64,000 bases of DNA, taken from Selaginella moellendorffii (lineage: Eukaryota; Plantae; Lycopodiophyta). Under the pieces are notes generated by a model. The model made no database searches. It was not told the DNA's origin and saw only the letters and a program-made list of their open reading frames with translations. Shown piece by piece: positions 1-10,700 of the stretch (position 1 is its first letter; each line of letters opens with the position of its first letter). Position numbers and translations under genes: made by a program. The stretch covers positions 124,001 to 188,000 of the forward strand of contig NW_003314398.1 of assembly GCF_000143415.4 (NCBI RefSeq). Direction: 5' to 3'.

Positions 1-451
1 GGCTGGGAACCTGGTGTCCATACTCACCGGCGGTGCTATCCACGCTTTGCTGAGCTACTTACAGCCCGAGAGCTACACCTGGGACACCACCAAGAACATT
101 ACCATGGTGGAGGTCGACGACAAACCGGAGGTTTCGGAGGAGGAACTCAGCGAAGCGAAGCTGCAACACGCTCGAAAGTGGATCATTCGGTGGGGCGTGG
201 GGTTCACTCTGCTGATAGCAGTGCTGTGGCCCTTGGCGTCACTTCCGGCCAAGGAGTTTAGCTTGGAATACTTCACGTTCTGGGCCGTGATCGCCATCGT
301 GTGGGGGACCGTGGGCTCGGTGGTGATCATCCTGCTGCCGCTGGTGGAGAGCTGGGAGACGATCATGCTGGTACTCAAGGGGATGTTTACGTTTAACAGC
401 AGCCCGGTTGAGGCGAAGTCTCACCAGACTGGTGTGATCGCTGGACCCTGA
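1..451 (+). CDS. DUR3: Urea-proton symporter DUR3, 3' end (partial)
   Basis: AGNLVSILTGG...W.TTK.IT.VE...WIIRWGVGFTLLI.VLWPL.SLP...FS..YFTFWAVIAIVWG matches the plant DUR3 C-terminus; stop at 449-451. Confidence 0.9.
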   Translation, partial: AGNLVSILTGGAIHALLSYLQPESYTWDTTKNITMVEVDDKPEVSEEELSEAKLQHARKWIIRWGVGFTLLIAVLWPLASLPAKEFSLEYFTFWAVIAIVWGTVGSVVIILLPLVESWETIMLVLKGMFTFNSSPVEAKSHQTGVIAGP

Positions 452-985
452 TACGAAGGAAGAACAACACACCAAGTACGTAATTCTTTGTATGATTTTT
501 CATTTCTTTCCAGGAGAAGTTTGTGATTGAAGTTCAAGAATAAGCTCGCTCGGCACCAAGTACGTATATACTGTTTGTTTCATACTTGTTCTTAATGGGA
601 AAGCCACACTTTAATGAAAGCTTTCTTGAGCTCACAGCTTCCACGTACGTATAAAGTTGATGATGAAAGCTTTTCTGAGCTCACAGCTTCCAAGTACGTA
701 TCGTTTAGTTTTGCTTCTGTCGTCCATCTCGCAGGGGCTCCTCCATGGGACGGACGTTCTTCAGCTTCCCTGGGTTGAGCATGACGAGCACGTCCTTCGT
801 GGAGGGGCGGTCCTGTGGATTCAACTTGGTGCACAAGCAAGCGATTCGCATCGCCCGCTTCATCTCGGTTATCTCGTCCAGATTGGCAAATGCCGGGTTT
901 TGGCCGAGAGTATCATCGCCGCCACCTTCTTCCCCTCCTCGCGCTGCTGGCTTGAGCAGTGTCGGGTCGATCCCCTTGAGCTCCT
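351..985 (+). repeat. Direct duplication copy A (DUR3 tail, intergenic DNA, RLK 3' end); partner at 3406-4027
   Basis: Near-identical from 'gagacgatcatgctggt' to 'ccccttgagctcctg' in both places; contains an internal two-copy tandem of 'atgaaagctt...gagctcacagcttcca.gtacgtat'. Confidence 0.95.
705..985 (-). pseudogene. Orphaned 3' fragment of the SOBIR1-like kinase
   Basis: QELKGIDPTLLKPAAR...AMRIACLCTKLNPQDRPSTKDVL almost identical to the C-terminus of ORF 3760-5658. Confidence 0.9.
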
Positions 986-1253
986 GTGGATCGGTCGAAA
1001 GGCGCCAATGCCGTGGGCGAGACTCCGGAGTCTGGATCGCGGGTTTGACCCGGGAGAGGACTTTTGGACTATTGGAGCCACAGGAGAGGATTAAAAGACG
1101 CATCACCATCTCATCGTCGCCATACGGCGCCAAATGTGTCGTCCGGTTCGCCAGATGAGCGATCGAGAAAACTTTAGACCAGAATCGAGGCTGGAAACTC
1201 TGGTTCTAAAGCTCCCTTGAAAGTTCCAAATTTTCGTGTGTGAGTGGAAAGGG

Positions 1254-3284
1254 ATGGGAGCCATGGAGGAGAGCACCGTCGCCGACGCTAGCACTACCAA
1301 GGTGAGGAATTTCTCTTGGAAGAAATTAAGGAGAATGGAAGACACATTGGTGCTTTCGCCTTTGTAAGGATCTTGAAAATGGCGAAGATCTGGAGAAAGA
1401 GAGCTTCATCACAAAGGACGGCACTGTGGATTGGAAGAACAATCCTGCTGATAGGAGAACTACCGGCGGCTGGAAAGCGTGTCCTTATATCTTGGGTGAG
1501 CAACAAAAAAACGAAACTTTTTGATATCTTGCTTGATCTTGCCTTGAACAGGAAACGAATGCTGTGAGAGGCTTGCCTACTATGGAATGTCCATAAACTT
1601 GGTGGTGTTTCTGACCGACAAACTCCATCAGCACAACGCGACTGCATCGACCAATGTGACGAACTGGTCTGGAACTTGTGACATCACTCCTCTCATAGGA
1701 GCTTTCTTGGCCGATGCCTACCTCGGTCGCTACTGGACGATCGCTGCCTTCTCTTCTGTATACTTTGTGGTAAGTTCTTCTTTCTCGACTTTCATAGCTT
1801 CGCAGCTAAAAGTTCGTTTTTCTTACAGGGAATGGTTCTGCTCACGTTATCAGCGTCAGTTCCATCGTTAAAACCACCATCTTGTGTGGGGGACGTTTGT
1901 CCTGGGGCCTCGCCTGGTCAGATCGGATCATTCTATCTGGCTCTCTATCTGGTAGCGCTGGGCACTGGTGGAATCAAGCCTTGCGTTTCAACCTTTGGAG
2001 CAGACCAGTTTGACGACGAAGACCCCTCGGAGAAGAAGTATATGACTGTCTTCTTCAACTGGTTCTACTTCTCGATCAACGTCGGTGCCATGATCGCCAG
2101 CACCTTTCTCGTCTACATCCAGCAAAGCGTCAACTGGGCCTGGGGATTTGGCATACCGGCAGCAGCAATGGGAATAGCCATTGTGAGCTTCTTCATCGGG
2201 TCCAAGCAGTACAGGCACCAGAAACCAGGAGGAAGTCCGCTCACTCGGATCGCTCAAGTTATCGTCGCAGCCATCCGGAACTGGAGGCTACGTCTTCCAG
2301 CCGACGAGACCATGCTCTACGAGGTCGACGGGAAGGCGTCCGCCATCGAAGGGAGCCGAAAAATCCAGCACACAGCAGAATACAGGTGAAGTGCTCCTTA
2401 TATATTTTTGCGGGCTTCGCTTCGTTCTAAGTTCTTGTGACTTTCGGTTTGAAAGTTTCCTGGACAAGGCAGCGATCGAGGACAAGTCCAGACCGACGAC
2501 AAAGTGGAATCTTTGCACGGTCACTCAAGTCGAGGAAGTGAAGATCCTGCTACGAATCGTTCCTATCTGGGCCAGCGTCATCGTCTTCTCCACAGTCTAT
2601 GCTCAGATGTCGACGTTGTTCGTGGTGCAAGGCCTCAAGATGGACTACATCCTCGGCACCTTCAAGGTCCCGTCGGCATCGCTCTCCATGTTTGACCCGC
2701 TCAGCGTGTTGATCTTGGTCCCGATCTACGACCGCCTGCTCGTCCCCTTCGTCCGCAAGTACACCGGCCATCCACAGGGATTCACGCAGCTCCAGAGGAT
2801 GGGAATCGGTCTCGTCATCTCCACGATCTCCATGGTGGTGGCGGCGGTCCTGGAGATCCAGCGTCTGCGAGTCGCGAGGGAGAAAGGCCTGGTGGATGCC
2901 GACGACAAGAACTTCCCGAAGCTCCTCAACGCGCAGCTCAGCATCTTCTGGCAAATCCCCCAGTACTTCATCATCGGGGCGTCGGAGGTGTTCACCTTCA
3001 TCGGGCAGCTCGAGTTCTTCTACGAGCAGTCGCCCGACGCCATGCGGAGCTTGGGCTCGGCGCTGTCGCTGGCGACGGTGGCGCTCGGGAACTACCTCTC
3101 GAGCTTGCTGGTGACCATAGTCACCAAGATCACCCGGAGGGATGGGAAGCCCGGATGGATCGCCGACAACCTCAACCATGGCCACATTGACTACTTCTTT
3201 TGGCTCTTGGTAGCGCTCAGCGTCGTCAACTTTCTCTTCTATCTTCCATTCGCGTATCGCTTCAAGTATAAGGCGACTAAGTAA
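1254..3284 (+). CDS. NPF8: NPF8/PTR peptide transporter, derived copy; exons ~1254-1301, 1369-1495, 1552-1769, 1829-2385, 2456-3284
   Basis: [23 protein letters not shown] (ExxER), [48 protein letters not shown]; GT-AG introns of 56-70 nt. Confidence 0.95.
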
Positions 3285-3405
3285 AAGAAAAGCTTGACTG
3301 TGTACAGTAAAAGTCAAGCTTTAGTCAACGAGGGGAGTGTGATCTGGTCAAAGCCTCGGACGAGCCAACAAAAAATACTCATATTTTAAACGAGGACGGA
3401 GTGTC

Positions 3406-4027
3406 CTGGAGACGATCATGCTGGTGGGTGTTTACGTTTAACAGCAGCCCGGTTGAGACGAAGAAGTCTCGCCAGGCTGGTGTGATCGCCGGACCCTGAT
3501 ACGAAGGAAGACCAACACACCAAGTACGTAATTCTTGGTTTGATTTCTCATTGAGAAGTTTGTGATTGAAGTTCAAGAATAAGCTCGCTCGTCACCAAGT
3601 ACGTATATAATGTTTGTTTCATACTTGTTCTTAATGGGAAAGCCACACTTTAATGAAAGCTTTCTTGAGCTCACAGCTTCCACGTACGTATAAAGTTGAT
3701 GATGAAAAGCTTTCCTGAGCTCACAGCTTCCAAGTACGTATCGTTTAGTTTTTCTCCTCTCATCCATCTCGCAGGAGCTCCTCCATGGGACGGACGTTCT
3801 CCAGCTTCCCTGGGTTGAGCATGACGAGCACGTCCTTCGTGGAGGGGCGGTCCTGTGGATTCAACTTGGTGCACAAGCAAGCGATTCGCATCGCCCGCTT
3901 CATCTCGGTTATCTCGTCCAGATTCGCAAATGCCGGGTTTTGGCCGAGAGTATCATCGCCGCCACCTTCTTCTCCTGCTCGCGCTGCTGGCTTGAGCAGT
4001 GTCGGGTCGATCCCCTTGAGCTCCTGG
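3406..4027 (+). repeat. Direct duplication copy A' (partner 351-985)
   Basis: Begins with an orphan DUR3 tail and runs into the 3' end of the intact RLK. Confidence 0.95.
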
Positions 4028-5658
4028 CCGCTCTGGACGAGGTAGCACATCCACGGCACGATGCCGCCGGGGAAATCCTTGAAGAACTCGTCGGTGGGCT
4101 CGCGGCCGCTGATGAGCACGCCGAGGACGATGCCCATGCTGTAGACGTCGCTGCTCACGGTGAACTTGCATGTCTGGTGGTACTCGGGCGCGATGTACCC
4201 GATGGTGCCCGCCACCTGCGTCGTGACGTGCGTCATGCCGTCGGGCAGCGCCTTGGCCAGCCCGAAGTCGCCCAGGTGCGCCTCCAGCTCCTCGTCCAGC
4301 AAGATGTTGCTCGTCTTGAGGTCGCGGTGGAGAATCTTTGGGCTGCAATCGAAGTGGAGGTACTTAAGCCCGCGCACCATGCCGGTGGCGATCCGCTGCC
4401 GCGCGGACCACTCGAGCTCCATCGCGCCGTCGCGGACCCGGGCCAGCACGTCCTGGAGGCTACCGCGCGGCATGTACTGGTAGAGGAGGAGGTGGGCGTC
4501 GGGCTTGAGTATGTACGCGTAGAGCCACGCGAGGTTGACGTGGCGGATCTTGCCAAGTGTCTCCATCTCGGCGAGCGTGTGGCGCTTGCCGAAGCTGCCC
4601 TTGCCGCTGGATCGCGAGCCATCGGACGACGACGGCGGCTCGGGCGGCTGGATCGGGATTCGCTTGACCGCCACCTCCATGCCGCCCTCAAGCACGGCTT
4701 TGTAGACCTTGCCTGCGCCGCCGGCGCCCAGGAGGGGCATTTGCTGGAAGGACTCTGGGGAATCGAGGAAGGCGAGCATCTTGGGCGTGAGCTTGTGGAA
4801 GAAGATGATGGGACCGTTCTTGGCGCGCGCGCGCTTGTAGATGATGATCCCCGCGCGCGCGATGATGCCCACGAGCACGCCCGAGACCGAGCCGGCGAGC
4901 ACGCCCAGCGCCGCGCCGATGCCCCACCGCCGCGCCCTGCTGCGCCCCTTGTGCCGCGGGGGTGACCCTGCCGGGGCGGCGCTGGGCGATGGAGCTTCGC
5001 TGCCATTGGAGCTCGGAGGGGTCGGCGATTGCGATGGCGATGGAGCTGTAGCGCCGTCCTGGAGGAGCGCTCGCCGGGCACTGGAATAGTGCTTCTTCGT
5101 GGTGATGATCGAGGATGGAGGACACTCGCGATCTAAGGGCCAGCCACAGAGGCCGGGATTCCCAGCGAATGCCGCGGCGCTGCGCAGGGAATTCCCATTC
5201 CCATTCCCATTCCCAGTAGGGATCCGACCCACGAGGCGATTGCTGGAGAGATCGATGGAGCGGAGCTTGGGCAGCTGGGCAATCTCGTCCGGGATGAGGC
5301 CCGAGAGACGATTGCCGGACAGATCCAGCACGCGGAGCTCCGAGAGGAGCCCCAGCCGCGGGGAGAGCTCACCTTCCAGGAGAGATTTGGGCAGCCGGAT
5401 GGAGACGACGCGGAATCCCTGGCTGCCGTGGATCCACGAGCACTCCACGCCGCTCCAGGCGGTGCAAGCCTCCTCGTCGCGGCGCCAGGAGCGCAGCGCG
5501 CCGCTGGGGTCGTGGCGGATGTGGGTGGCGAAGGAGCGGAGAGCCGCGATGTCGGAGGTGTCCACGCTCGTCGCGAATTCCAATTCCTCTCCATGGCAGC
5601 CGCCCAAGAGGAGAAGAACCCATAAGCTGGAGAGGATGAGCGCCAGGAATCCCGCCAT
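3760..5658 (-). CDS. SOBIR1: Intronless LRR receptor-like kinase, SOBIR1/EVR-like
   Basis: Signal peptide, ~3 LRRs, GxxxGxxxGxxxG TM helix, kinase with LAKALPDGMTHVTTQVAGTIGYIAPEYHQT.KF and P.DEFF signatures typical of SOBIR1. Confidence 0.8.
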   Translation of the reverse strand: MAGFLALILSSLWVLLLLGGCHGEELEFATSVDTSDIAALRSFATHIRHDPSGALRSWRRDEEACTAWSGVECSWIHGSQGFRVVSIRLPKSLLEGELSPRLGLLSELRVLDLSGNRLSGLIPDEIAQLPKLRSIDLSSNRLVGRIPTGNGNGNGNSLRSAAAFAGNPGLCGWPLDRECPPSSIITTKKHYSSARRALLQDGATAPSPSQSPTPPSSNGSEAPSPSAAPAGSPPRHKGRSRARRWGIGAALGVLAGSVSGVLVGIIARAGIIIYKRARAKNGPIIFFHKLTPKMLAFLDSPESFQQMPLLGAGGAGKVYKAVLEGGMEVAVKRIPIQPPEPPSSSDGSRSSGKGSFGKRHTLAEMETLGKIRHVNLAWLYAYILKPDAHLLLYQYMPRGSLQDVLARVRDGAMELEWSARQRIATGMVRGLKYLHFDCSPKILHRDLKTSNILLDEELEAHLGDFGLAKALPDGMTHVTTQVAGTIGYIAPEYHQTCKFTVSSDVYSMGIVLGVLISGREPTDEFFKDFPGGIVPWMCYLVQSGQELKGIDPTLLKPAARAGEEGGGDDTLGQNPAFANLDEITEMKRAMRIACLCTKLNPQDRPSTKDVLVMLNPGKLENVRPMEELLRDG

Positions 5659-5753
5659 CGCTGGAGGGAGGCCCAGCTAGAAGAAGAAGAAACTAAACAT
5701 CCCAGTGACCTCTATCTTCCCTTCTGCATTCTTTAAAGAAGGTATATCGTGAG

Positions 5754-5893
5754 TTGACCGGCATGTTGGTCAGTTCAAAGTAGAACTCTCTTCGTCAAAG
5801 TCAACTAGTATATTCGGGCTTTTTGACTTGACTACATTAGGGTTAGGACTTATTGACATGTCGATTATTTTGTACTTTAATCGATAGTTGACT
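5754..5893. promoter_or_regulatory. W-box cluster upstream of the SOBIR1-like gene
   Basis: TTGAC(C/T) at 5754, 5799 (reverse), 5823, 5828 and 5888. Confidence 0.6.
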
Positions 5894-5929
5894 TTAAAAA
5901 TTAACATAGAGTTCTAAGATCACACCACT

Positions 5930-8597
5930 CTAAGACGTTAAGATAGGTGGCAAAACATCCGACTTCGCTCCCAGGATGTTGGCCTTGGTGTCCGGGAACT
6001 GCGATCGCCCCGGAAGCTCGCAAACCTCTCCAGTGGTCGTGATTCCAATCGGGTAGCTCAGCAAATGCCCGGGGAGATCCACCACCTCTTCGCCGGCAAA
6101 CATCGCCCAGTACTCGTCCGCGAGCTCGTTCACCTTCCTCACGCACTCCAAGCTCGAGGGGTGGAGGTACGCGTTGTCCAGCTTGCCGAGATGCTCGTAC
6201 CACAGCGACATCCGGAAGCCGTGGACGTCGCCGCGAGGAGCGTGGTGGTGACACGTGTGGAACGGCTGGTACGCTCCCATGGCGATCTCCGTGTCGCGGC
6301 CGCCGTCCATGGAGCGCTGGTTGATGTTGGCCGACCCGACGATGATGTACTCGTCGTCCACTGTTACGAGAAAGTCTAGTCAGTCAAGTGTACTAGAACA
6401 AAAACTATGACTATGGACTCGACCGTGAAAGTTTGAGCGTGGAAAGAAAACGAAAAGGCTGGAAGACTTACCGATCATCATCTTGGAGTGAACGTAGATC
6501 ATGAACCTCCTGTGCTCCTGTGCTGCCTTGTAGTTCGTTGCCTCCTCCTCGATGGCCTCCGGCGGGACGTAGTCGCCGTCTTGCGGGGTCTCTCGGTTTC
6601 CCAGGCAGAAGAAAGTGAGGTAGTCCTTTGGACTCTCGTCGGTGATCCCCTTGGCGTCCAAAGCCTGCGCAATCGACCTGTACATCATGTCCAGCGTCTT
6701 CTTCTGCCAGTCGAGGATGGCGAGCACCTGTCCACTCTCGGGGAGTCCCTCAGGCCACATTGGAACCACCACGTAGATGACGAACCGCTCGCCCTGCTCG
6801 ATCTTGTTGACGACTTTGAGAGCCAGCTCTCTGGCGATCAAGTGGTACGCACCGGCGTCGGTGTCAGTGTCCCACGCAAACGAGCTCCCAAGGAAGTACT
6901 GGTTCTCGATGTAGATGAAGTCCTTTGCTCGCCGGATGGCATGAATGTAGGCGTCCTGGATGCTGCGGTCGATGGTGCTGTCTTTGCCGCTCACAAGCCC
7001 AGCCTTGGCCGCGAGCTCTGGATCCTCGGGGAAGTTTGCCGCGGCACCACCGTCGATAGACCGGAACAGCTGAACGTTCCATGTCGAGGGATCGTCCCGG
7101 AAAGTCACCTCGGCCGGGGGCTCGATGTCGCTGACTTCTCTTATTGGCAGCAGCAAGTCCTTCTCGTCCGCCTGCTTCAGCCACCGCTGCTCGAAGTTGT
7201 GGAGGACGTCCCAGGCAACCGGCCCCTCGAGCTTGGAATGGATGTCATGCCACGGCTCTCTCGGCCCTCCCTTCTTGATGCTCGCGGTCTGGAAATTTGG
7301 CTGGTGGAAGTCGTCACCATGGTAGGAATCGAGCGTCCGGAAGAGCGAGTGGTACTGGTTGTCGTAGCGTCCATCGCAGAGGTCGATCCCTCCCACGAAG
7401 CTGACAATTCTTCGCTGCTGCGAATCACCCTGAGCTCCCGGGAGAGGAGAATCGACAATGATGGTCTTCTGGTGGTGAGTGAACATGGTGCCGATCTGGA
7501 ACTCTTGCACCACGCTCAAGCCGTCGTCTGGATTGCGCGGACACAGCAAGCACTTGACCTGCGTGCCCCTGAAGTAGTCGAGAGTTTCCTGGTCGTGAGT
7601 TGCCATGAGCCCGTCCATCCTGACGATGGGAATCGACGTCCTGTCGTCCCACACCAGCATGAGCACACGAACTCCCTCCTCGGCTTTCCTCTTGAGAAGC
7701 TCGCCGAGAGTGACGCCAGAGCTGCCGGGGATTTGCCTCTCGGGATCTCGGATGAGCTTGATCTCGGTGTAGACGGACCAGCCGGTGATATAGATGAGGT
7801 GCTTGGCATTGGTGAGAGCTTCAAAGACGTCCTCCCAGCACCTGGTCTCGGCATGCTTCCCACCACCCGCGAGCTTGATATCGGGCAGGAAGTTCTCGGT
7901 CATATGAGCGTCCTGGTAGAGTGTCACCTTGCATCCCTTCCGCTGCTGGCAGTACGTGAAAGGCACACCCTGGAACTTCCTTCCATCGCAAAGTCCTCGG
8001 CCAAAGCGAGGATCGTTGGTGGCCTCGTGGAACTGGAGCTTGATCCGGACCTTGGAGTCGCCACGCTTCTCACCGTTGTCGTCGTAGAGATCATACCAGT
8101 TCTCCACAGTCTCGCCGCTGAGGAGCTCCGAGACCTCGATGCTAGCTCGGCCCAGGAGCACCGCCCCGATGGCCTTGTCGTCCTTGATGGTCACCACCAC
8201 CTTGGAAACATTGTGTGCGCAGTAAATGTGGAAGCTCTCGTTCCATGACTCGCCCTTTCCAATCATGCGCGTCCGGCCCACGCGAGTCTTCTCCAGATCG
8301 ACCGTGGCATAGAACTTGTGTGAGCCATCGCCAGTGATTCCTCCGATAATCTGGAGCAAGGGAAAAAAAAGGATGATCAATAGCGCAAGAACTCCAAAGA
8401 AATGTGCCAAAGAAGAAGAAATCTTGGACAAGATTTGGGATCTGGCTAGGCCTAGATCACGGCCGCAGAAAATTGGCTCTAGATCGATCGAGATAGCACA
8501 CCTTATTGAAGAAACCCCCGGCGCTGTGATCGTGCTCCAGGTCCGAGGCCTCGTAGATCGTGGCATGGAGGGTTCCATGGAGGAGAATGAACGCCAT
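5930..8597 (-). CDS. PLDalpha: Phospholipase D alpha; exons 8597-8502, 8350-6472, 6360-5930
   Basis: [17 protein letters not shown]-terminus, C2 domain, two HKD motifs (HHQKTIIVD; HSKMMIVDD), [13 protein letters not shown]-terminal LPPILTS. Confidence 0.95.
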
Positions 8598-8949
8598 TGC
8601 CCGAAATCCCTGCAAAATCCGGCGATTTAGACCTCCAATCGATCCCCAAGGCCCGCGGTCGCGAATCCGGGCGCTTGCTTACCTCGAGATCAAGATGCTA
8701 GGCGATGGACGAGCGATAGCGAGGGAAGAACAGTAAGCAGGGCTGTAGCTTTTATATCGCTACGTGTCCTCTTCCTTTTTAATCTATTTTATCTCTGTTG
8801 CCCGTTTCGGTTAAAGGCACGATCCAAATAACGCGCATTCTTTCACCTTTACCCCACCGACACTTAAATCTCACATGGTTGGAGCACTTTGTTAGCGCCG
8901 CTGCTTAGCTAGCACTTAGCGGGAAAACCTTGCTTACAAGCAACATCAT

Positions 8950-9022
8950 GGTTCCATAGTGTAGTGGTCATCACGTTTGCTTTACACGCAAAAGGCCGCG
9001 AGTTCGAAACTCGCTGGAACCA
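8950..9022 (+). tRNA. tRNA-Val (anticodon TAC)
   Basis: 73-nt cloverleaf: acceptor GGTTCCA/TGGAACC, A-box TAGTGTAGTGG, anticodon arm TTTGC-TT TAC AC-GCAAA, B-box GTTCGAAAC. Confidence 0.93.
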
Positions 9023-9907
9023 TCTTGTTAATTGAAAATTCCTTTTGCGAAATGCGAATTGATCAAACTGCAGCCCTAAATAATATTCAATACATACGTA
9101 AAAGGTTGAGTTCGAATCTCGAAATTGTTGTTGGATGGTTTTAGAATTTTTTTATGAATACTTGGAAGTGTTCTAGAGCTCGAAAAGCAGTTCAGCAAAT
9201 GCTTCAGGATGTCATGGTTCCATACGTTTGCATTCTGAAACCAACAATTTCTCTTTGCCTTTTGGGAAATGTTAGAGCCACTAATTTCTTCTTGTGTTGG
9301 ATTATGTTGTTTCATGACTTCTTTAGTGAAGAATTTTGATAAATATATAAAATATTCCAGTCAGTGTTTAATTTTGACTGTCAAACTCCAGTGTTGGAAA
9401 AGCGATTCCAGCAAATGCCCACTTTGGGGTGCATGGCACAAGATGCCTCTTCGTGCACAGTACAGAAAAGAATGCTAGATATCAAAGGAGCGAAGCGTAT
9501 ATTAAAATCTGAGGGTTCCTCCAAGCTCGTGTCTTTTTGGACGGGATGGGGATGGGCAGAAGGTTAGATCTCATCGATGTCTTCCTGCGATGTACTCTGG
9601 AAATTTTCTCTACCATTCCTTTCTGAGCAGATTCTTGCGCTCCATGAAGCTTGCCAGATTCTTGCCTTCCCTCAGCCGATCGGCATGCGCAAAGCCAGAA
9701 TAAATGCTCGCATTTGCTATAATCGTTCTATCGGACAGATTTGATCGGGCAGCACGGGGGATGCCTCCCGATAGGAGAATCCGTCCTTTGAAATATTGGA
9801 ATGCGGCTCGGTATCAAATCCTCCTCCCGTCCCTTTGCCTTCCTAGCTCTTTGCCTCTTCCTTCCGGCCTCTTGTTCGTTTTAAACTTTGGTCCTATAGA
9901 TCGTATA

Positions 9908-10700
9908 ATGTTTTTTTCCAGGAAGAAAGGCGCGAAAAAGAAGAATAGTGGTGGCGGCAGTAAAAGCGATCCCGCCAAGAGCAGTGGTGGTGGCAATAAA
10001 TGTGATCCCGCAAGCGGCAGTACCAGCAAGCCCGCAAAGAGCAGTGGTGGCGGCAGTAAGAGCGATCCCGCTAGCTGCAGTACCAGCAATCCCGGGAAGA
10101 GCAGTGGCGGAGGTACCAGCAATCCCGCTGCTAGTGGGAGTGTCAACAATCCCGCGGCTAGCCGCAGTAGCAACGCAGCACTCCTCCTGTACGATGATCC
10201 GTAAGTTCTTTGCCGTTCTTGACAATATCTTACTGGAACTGAATCTTTTCCTTCTTGCAGAGACCACAAGGAGCCGTTCCTAATTCCCATCCCCACACTC
10301 CCTGAAAAGACTCTATACCTTCGGATGTATGACAATGAAAACGATTCCTTCCAGCATCTAACATGGATTCCCTGACAGGAGAATCATCAACAAAGCCTTG
10401 TGTATGATCTTTACGATCGTCTCTCTGACGCCCCAGATAGACAAAGAGCTATTCAAGGACCTGGCCAAGCATTTCACTCGCAAGTTCAGGGCGGACAGGG
10501 AAAGCGTCACCAAGGAGGAGTACGTGATCTGGGCGTTCAACATGGGCCTGCCTTTCATGAAGAACAACAAGTCTCTGGCGGGGACCAACATCTACCTCAG
10601 GATTTGGATCCAACTAGGCTGGTACGTTGGTGTTCGCCGTTGGAGATCTGCGAGCTCGCTGTGGAGGAAGCACGGCGACGTTGACGCGAGATCTCCTTAA
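9908..10700 (+). pseudogene. Orphan gene: basic N-terminus, Gly/Ser tandem repeats, intron 10201-10260, orphan domain; frameshifted near 10360
   Basis: ATG at 9908; 60-nt GT-AG intron; exon 2 frame stops at 10373, while the adjacent frame (to 10700) aligns with ORF 15870-16190. Confidence 0.55.
9941..10175 (+). repeat. Coding tandem repeat (about 30/60-nt units; KSSGGGSKSDPA / SGSTSKPA)
   Basis: Four 'aagagcagtggtggcggc'-like units and repeated 'agcaatcccgc'. Confidence 0.9.

Noticed and set aside
984-3400. NPF duplicate as a haplotype mis-assembly or retrocopy
   Set aside because: Introns are retained, copies differ by many substitutions and indels, and both junctions are unique chimeric sequence
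6488-8248. 586-aa + strand ORF and similar long antisense ORFs over the NPF, RLK and PPR genes
   Set aside because: Expected antisense openness of GC3-rich coding sequence; no recognisable motifs
9941-10175. CRISPR-like or other spaced repeat array
   Set aside because: Eukaryotic context, degenerate in-frame units with no unique spacers, no cas genes
9814-10335. 173-aa Leu/Pro-rich ORF resembling a membrane protein
   Set aside because: Antisense shadow of the Gly/Ser tandem repeat; splice signals support the + strand
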